NCBI GenBank assembly: GCA_965219685.1
Contig: CBDCOH010000002.1
Span: 2,976,001 to 3,040,000 of the forward strand
Reading direction: 5' to 3'
DNA length: 64,000 bases
Source: Candidatus Spongiisociaceae bacterium
GTDB taxonomy: Bacteria; Actinomycetota; Acidimicrobiia; Spongiisociales; Spongiisociaceae
Under the pieces are notes generated by a model that was not told the DNA's origin, ran no database searches, and saw only the letters and a list, made by a program, of their open reading frames with translations. Each line of letters begins with the position of its first letter. The stretch's first letter is position 1. Below are positions 32,701 to 38,700 of the stretch, in pieces. The translations under genes and the position numbers were made by a program.

Positions 32701-35700
32701 TGGCCGTCCCACCCGACAGCGCCAGATCAACGGTCACAGCCCCCGAACTGCCCTGGCGGGTCGCAGTGACAGTGATCCCCTCCGATGTGGCGCTCTCGGC
32801 AAAGGAGGCCGGGTTCACACTCAGGGAAATGTCCGGGGTGACGGCCGTCCGGCCCCTTGCCCGTACCTGCACTTCGTAGGTGGCCCCCGCCTCCAAGCCG
32901 GGCAGGTTCAAACTGGTAGCCGTAGCCGACAACGCACCCGTGTAATCCGTCCACCCAGCCGCATTCTCACCCTGAGCCGCCTTCTTCCGATACTGCGCCT
33001 CATAACCGGTGATGACCAGACCATTGTCATCCGCGGCCGTCCACGCGGCGTCCAGAGCAGGATCCGACGGCTCAGAGAACTCGGTACGCGTCAACGTCGG
33101 AGCGCCGGGCTTACCGAACTTACGCTCCTGCACACGGATAAGAACGTTGATGACCGAGTCGTGGCCATCCACCGTGTAATGAACCTCACCACGGTAGAAC
33201 TTGGCGAACACCTCACCGTTGTACGTCTCGATCTCCCGATGGGTGTCGTCGGTGTCATAGTCCAACACGGCGCCCTCGGCCACGCTGATCTGCCCAGACG
33301 CCGAATCGATGACGAACAACCCCGAGTCCTTGGCCTTGCCCTTCAACACATACGACAACGCCACCCCGTTGTAAGGAGTCCCCGTCACCGGAGCTCCCAC
33401 CGCGGTGCCCGCCGGCGACCCCTCCAAGATGTCACGAACCGTCTTAGCGGTGACAGTGATAGACGCGGTGCGGGTGACCTGCCCCCCGTAGCCATCACTC
33501 GCCGTATACGACACCTTCGACGCGCCCTGGTTCAACAAGTCCGCGGTCAGCACAGAAGACCCCGCCGCACCGGACAGACTCACCCCCACCAGAGCAGCAT
33601 GCTCCGCAGACGCCGAATACGTCAACGCATCACCATCCGCATCCGAGAAAAACGCCCCCGACCCCAATGGCGCCTGCTCATGCCAAGCAAACGACCCGCC
33701 CATCCCCGCGGTACCCCCACCGAAAAACACACCAGACGCGACTGGCGGCCTATTCGCCGTCCCCTCACCGGTATCTGACCACGGGCCGGTCCTCACACCG
33801 GTGATCACAGGACCCACCCGCTCGTCGTCGATGATCGTGACAATCGCGTCACCCACGGTCGCTCCCGTGGCCGTCCCGGACACGATGATGGACTCGCTCC
33901 CCTCCACATCCGTGTCATCCGAGATGGTGAACGTCAGGTTCGCCGTTCCGCTAGTGCTGCCATCCGCGATCGTTATGTCAGGCAACGTTTGCGCCGTGTA
34001 GTCGGTGCCGTCCGTGGCCGTCCCATCCGACAGTGCCAGGTCAACGGTCACAGCCCCCGACGTGCCCTGGCGGGTCGCAGTAACGGTGACACTGCCAGCA
34101 GTGGTGGGCTCGGCCAAGGAAACCGGGTTGACACTCAGCGTGATATCCGGGGTGCCGCTAGTTCTCCCCACCGCCCGCACCTGCGCCTCATAGGTCGCGC
34201 CCCCCTCCAAACCCGGCAGGTTCAAACTGGAAGCCGTGGCCGACAACGCCCTCGTGTAATCCGTCCACGCAGCCGCACTCTCACCCTGCGCCGCTTTCTT
34301 CCGGTATCGCGCCTCGTAACCGGTGATAACCAGACCATTGTCATCCGCAGCCGTCCAGGTTGCGTCCAGAGCCGGATCCGTCGGCTCGCTGAACTCGGTA
34401 CGGCTCAACGTCGGAGCGTCTGGCTTACCGAACTTCCGCTCCTTCACCTTGATGAGAACGTTGATGACTGAGTCGTGGCCGTCCACCGTGTAGTGAACCT
34501 CTCCCCGGTAGAACTTGGCAATCACCTGACCGTTGTACGTTTCCGTCTCCCGGTAGTCGCCGTCTTCCGCGTGGTAGTCCAACACGGCGCCCTCAGCCAC
34601 GCTGATCTGCCCAGAAGCCGCATCGATAACGAACAGTCCCGAGTCCTTCGCCTTCCCCTTCAACACGTACGACAACGCGACCCCGTTGTAAGGAGTCCCC
34701 GTCACCGGAGCCCCCACCGCGGTGCCCGCCGGCGACCCCTCGAGGATCTCCCGGCTCGTCTTCCCGGTAACTGTCAGAGACGCCGTGCGGGTGACCTGCC
34801 CCCCATAGGCATCACTCGCCACATATGACACCTTCGATGCGCCCTGGTTCAACAAAGACGCCGTCAGCACAGCAGACCCCGCAGCACCCGACAAACTCAC
34901 CCCCACCAGAGCAGCATGCTCAGCAGACGCCGAATACGTCAACGCGTCATCATCCGGATCCGAGAAAAACGCCCCCGCCCCCAAAGGCGCCGCCTCATGC
35001 CAAGCAAACGACCCGCCCATCCCCAACGTCCCACCAAGAAAATCCACACCAGAAGCGACAGGCGGACTATTCGCGGTCCCCTCCCCAACATCCGACCACG
35101 GACCGGTCCTCACACCGGTGATAACCGGACCCGCCCGCTCGTCGTCGATGATCGTGATGATCGCGTCACCCACGGTCGCTCCCGTGGCCGTCCCGGACAC
35201 GATGATCGACTCGCTCCCCTCCACATCCGTGTCGTCCGAGATGGTGAACGTCAGGGTCGCCGACCCGCTGGTGCTGCCGTCCGCGATCGTTATGTCAGGC
35301 AACGCTTGCACCGTGTAGTCGGTGCCGGAAGTGGCCGTCCCACCCGACAGCGCCAGGTCAACGGTCACATCCCCAGACGTGCCCTGCCGGGTCGCAGTAA
35401 CAGTGACACTGCCAGAAGCCGTGGGCTCGGCCAAGGAGACCGGGTTCACACTCAGGGTGATGTCGGGGGTGCCGCTCTTTCGGCCCACCGCCCGCACCTG
35501 AACCTCATAGGTCGCCCCCGCATCCAAACCCGGCAGGTTCAAACTCGAAGCCGTTGCCGACAGCGCCCCGGTGAAGTCCGTCCACTCGGCCGGGGTCTCA
35601 CCCTGCGCCGCCTTCTTCCGATACTGCGCCTCATAGCCGGTGATAGTCAGACCGTTGTCATCAGCCGCCGTCCAGGACACATCCAAAGCCGGATCCGACG

Positions 35701-38700
35701 GCTCGGAGAACTCGGTACGGCTCAACGACGGAGCACCGGGCTTACCGAACTTCCGCTCGTTCACGAGGATGAGAACGTTGATCACCGAGTCGTGGCCGTC
35801 CACCGTGTAATGAACCTCACCCCGGTAGAACTTGGAGAACACCTCACCTCTCCACATCTCGATCTCCCGATGGGTGTCGTCGGTGTAATAATCCAACACG
35901 GCGCCTTCTGCCACGCTGATCTGCCCCGTTCCCGAATCGATAACGAACAGCCCAGAGTCCTTGGCCTTCCCCTTCAACGTATAGGACAGCGCCACATTGT
36001 TGTAAGGAGTGCCCGTCACCGGATCCCCCACTGCCGTTCCCGCCGGTGACCCCTCCAGGATGTCACGGCTCGTCTTCGCGGTTACCGTCAGAGACGCACT
36101 ACGGGTGACCTGCCCCCCGTAGGCATCACTAGCCACATATGAGACCTTCGACGCGCCCTGGTTCAACAGATTCGCCGTCAGCACAGAAGACCCCGCAGCG
36201 CCGGAGAGACTCACCCCCACCAGAGCAGCATGTTCCGCAGACGCCGAATACGTCAACGTGTCCTCGTCAGGATCCGAGAAAAACGGCCCCGTCCCCAAAG
36301 GCGCCTGCTCATGCCAAGCAAACTTCCCGCCCATCCCCAACGTGCCACCGAGAAAGGACACACCCGAAGCAACAGGAGGCCTGTTAGCCATACCCTGGCC
36401 GGTATCCGACCACGGGCCCGTCTTCACCCCGGTGATAACAGGACCCGGCTGCTCGTCGTCGAGGATGGTGATGATCGCGTTACCGACCGTCGCGCCCGTG
36501 TCGGCCGTCCCCGAGAGGATGATCGACTCGCTCCCCTCCACCAACTCGTCGTTCCAGATGGTGAAAGTCAGGTCCGCCGTTCCGCTGGTGCTGCCGTCCG
36601 GGATCGTTATGTCAGGCAAGGTCAACGCCGTAGAGTCGGTGCCGTCCGTGGCAGTGCCACCCGGTACCGCGAGGTCAACGGTCACAGCCCCCGACGTGCC
36701 CTGGCGGGTCGCAGTCACGGTGACACTGCCAGAAGTGGTGGGCTCGGCCAAGGAGACCGGGTTCACACTCAGGGTGATGTCGGGGGTGCTGCTCTTCCGG
36801 GCCCTCGCCCGCACCTGAACCTCATAGGTGGCGCCCGCATCCAAGCCCGGCAGGTTCAAACTCGAAGCCGTTGCCGACAGCGCCCCCGTGTATGCCGTCC
36901 ACTCGGCCGGGGTCTCACCCTGCGCCGCCTTCTTCCGGTACTGCGCCTCATAACCTGTGATGACCAGACCATTGTCATCGGCAGCCGTCCAGGTTGCGTC
37001 CAGAGCCGGATCCGTGGGTTCGCTGAACTCGGTTCGGCTCAACGACGGAGCGCCGGGCTTACCAGGCTTACGCTCGTTCACGCGGATCAGAACGTTGATG
37101 ACCGAGTCGTGGCTGTCCACCGTGTAATGAACCTCGCCCCGGTAGAACTTGGCGATCACCTGGCCGTTGTGTGTCTCGGTCTCCCGGTAGTCGCCGTCTG
37201 CGGCGTCGTAGTCGAGCACCGCGCCTTCTGCCACGCTGATCTGCCCGGTTCCCGAATCGATAACGAACAGGCCAGAATCCTTGGCCTTGCCCTCCAAGGT
37301 ATAGGACAACGCGACCCCGTTGTAAGGAGTGCCCGCCACCGGAGCCCCCACCGCGGTGCCCGCCGGCGACCCCTCCAAGATGTCACGGCTCGTCTTAGCG
37401 GTGACAGTCAGAGACGCCTCACGCGTGACTTCACCCCCATAGGGATCACTCGCCGTATAGAAGACCTTCGACGCGCCCTGGTTCAACAGATTCGCCGTCA
37501 GCACAGAAGACCCCGCAGCACCCGAGAGACTCACCCCCACCAGAGCAGCATGCTCCGCAGACGCCGAATACGTCAACGCGTCACCCTCGGGATCCGAGAA
37601 AAACGGCCCACTCCCGAGAGGCGCCTGCTCGTGCCAAGCAAACTTCCCGCCCATCCCCAACGTGCCACCAAGAAAGGACACACCCGAAGCAACAGGAGGC
37701 CTGTTAGCCATACCCTCGCCGGTATCCGACCACGGGCCCGTCTTCACCCCGGTGATAACAGGACCCGGCTGCTCGTCGTCGATGATCGTGATGATGGCGT
37801 TACCCACCGACGCCCCCGTGTCGGCCGTCCCCGAGACGATGATCGACTCGCTCCCCTCCACATCCGTGTCGCGCACGGCGGTGAACGTCAGGTCCGCCGA
37901 CCCGCTGGTGCTGCCATCCGCGATCGTTATGTCAGGCAAGGTCCAAACCGAATAGTCGGTGCCGGACGTGGCCGTCCCGTCCAGGAGTGCCAGATCCACG
38001 GTCACCGCCCCTGAACTGCCCTGCCGGGTCGCAGTCACGGTGATCTGGTCAGAAAGGGCGTTCTCGCCGAAAGAGGCCGGGTTCACACTCAGCGTGATAT
38101 CGGGGGCGCCGCTCTTGCGGCCCACCGCCCGCACCTCAACCTCATAGGTCGCCCCCGCCTCCAAACCCGGCAGGTTCAAACTCGAAGCCGTTGCCGACAA
38201 CGCCCCGGTGTAATCCGTCCACGCGGCCGCCTTCTTCCGGTACCGCGCCTCATAACCGGTGATGACCAGACCATTGTCATCAGCAGCTGACCAGGACACA
38301 TCCAGAGCCGGATCGGTCGGCTCAGAGAACTCGGTACGGCTCAACGTAGGAGTACCGGGCTTACCAAACTCCCGCTCCTGCACACGGATGATGACGTTGA
38401 TGACCGAGGCGTGGCCATCCACCGTGTAATGAACCTCGCCCCGGTAGAACTTGGCGATCACCTGACCGTTCCACGTCTCCGTCTCCCGGTAGTCACCGTC
38501 TGCAGCGTCGTAGTCGAACACGGCGCCCTCAGCCACACTGATCTGCCCAGACGCCGAATCGATAACGAACAGCCCAGAATCCTTGGCCTTGCCCTCCAAC
38601 GTGTAGGCCAAGGCCACGTTGTTGTAAGGAGTGCCCGTCACCGGAGCCCCCACCGCGGTGCCCGCCGGCGACCCCTCCAAAATGTCCCGGCCCGTCTTCG

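Noticed and set aside
30560-38520. Diversity-generating retroelement acting on the variable loop
   Set aside because: No reverse transcriptase or template repeat in the window, and the differences are not confined to adenine positions.
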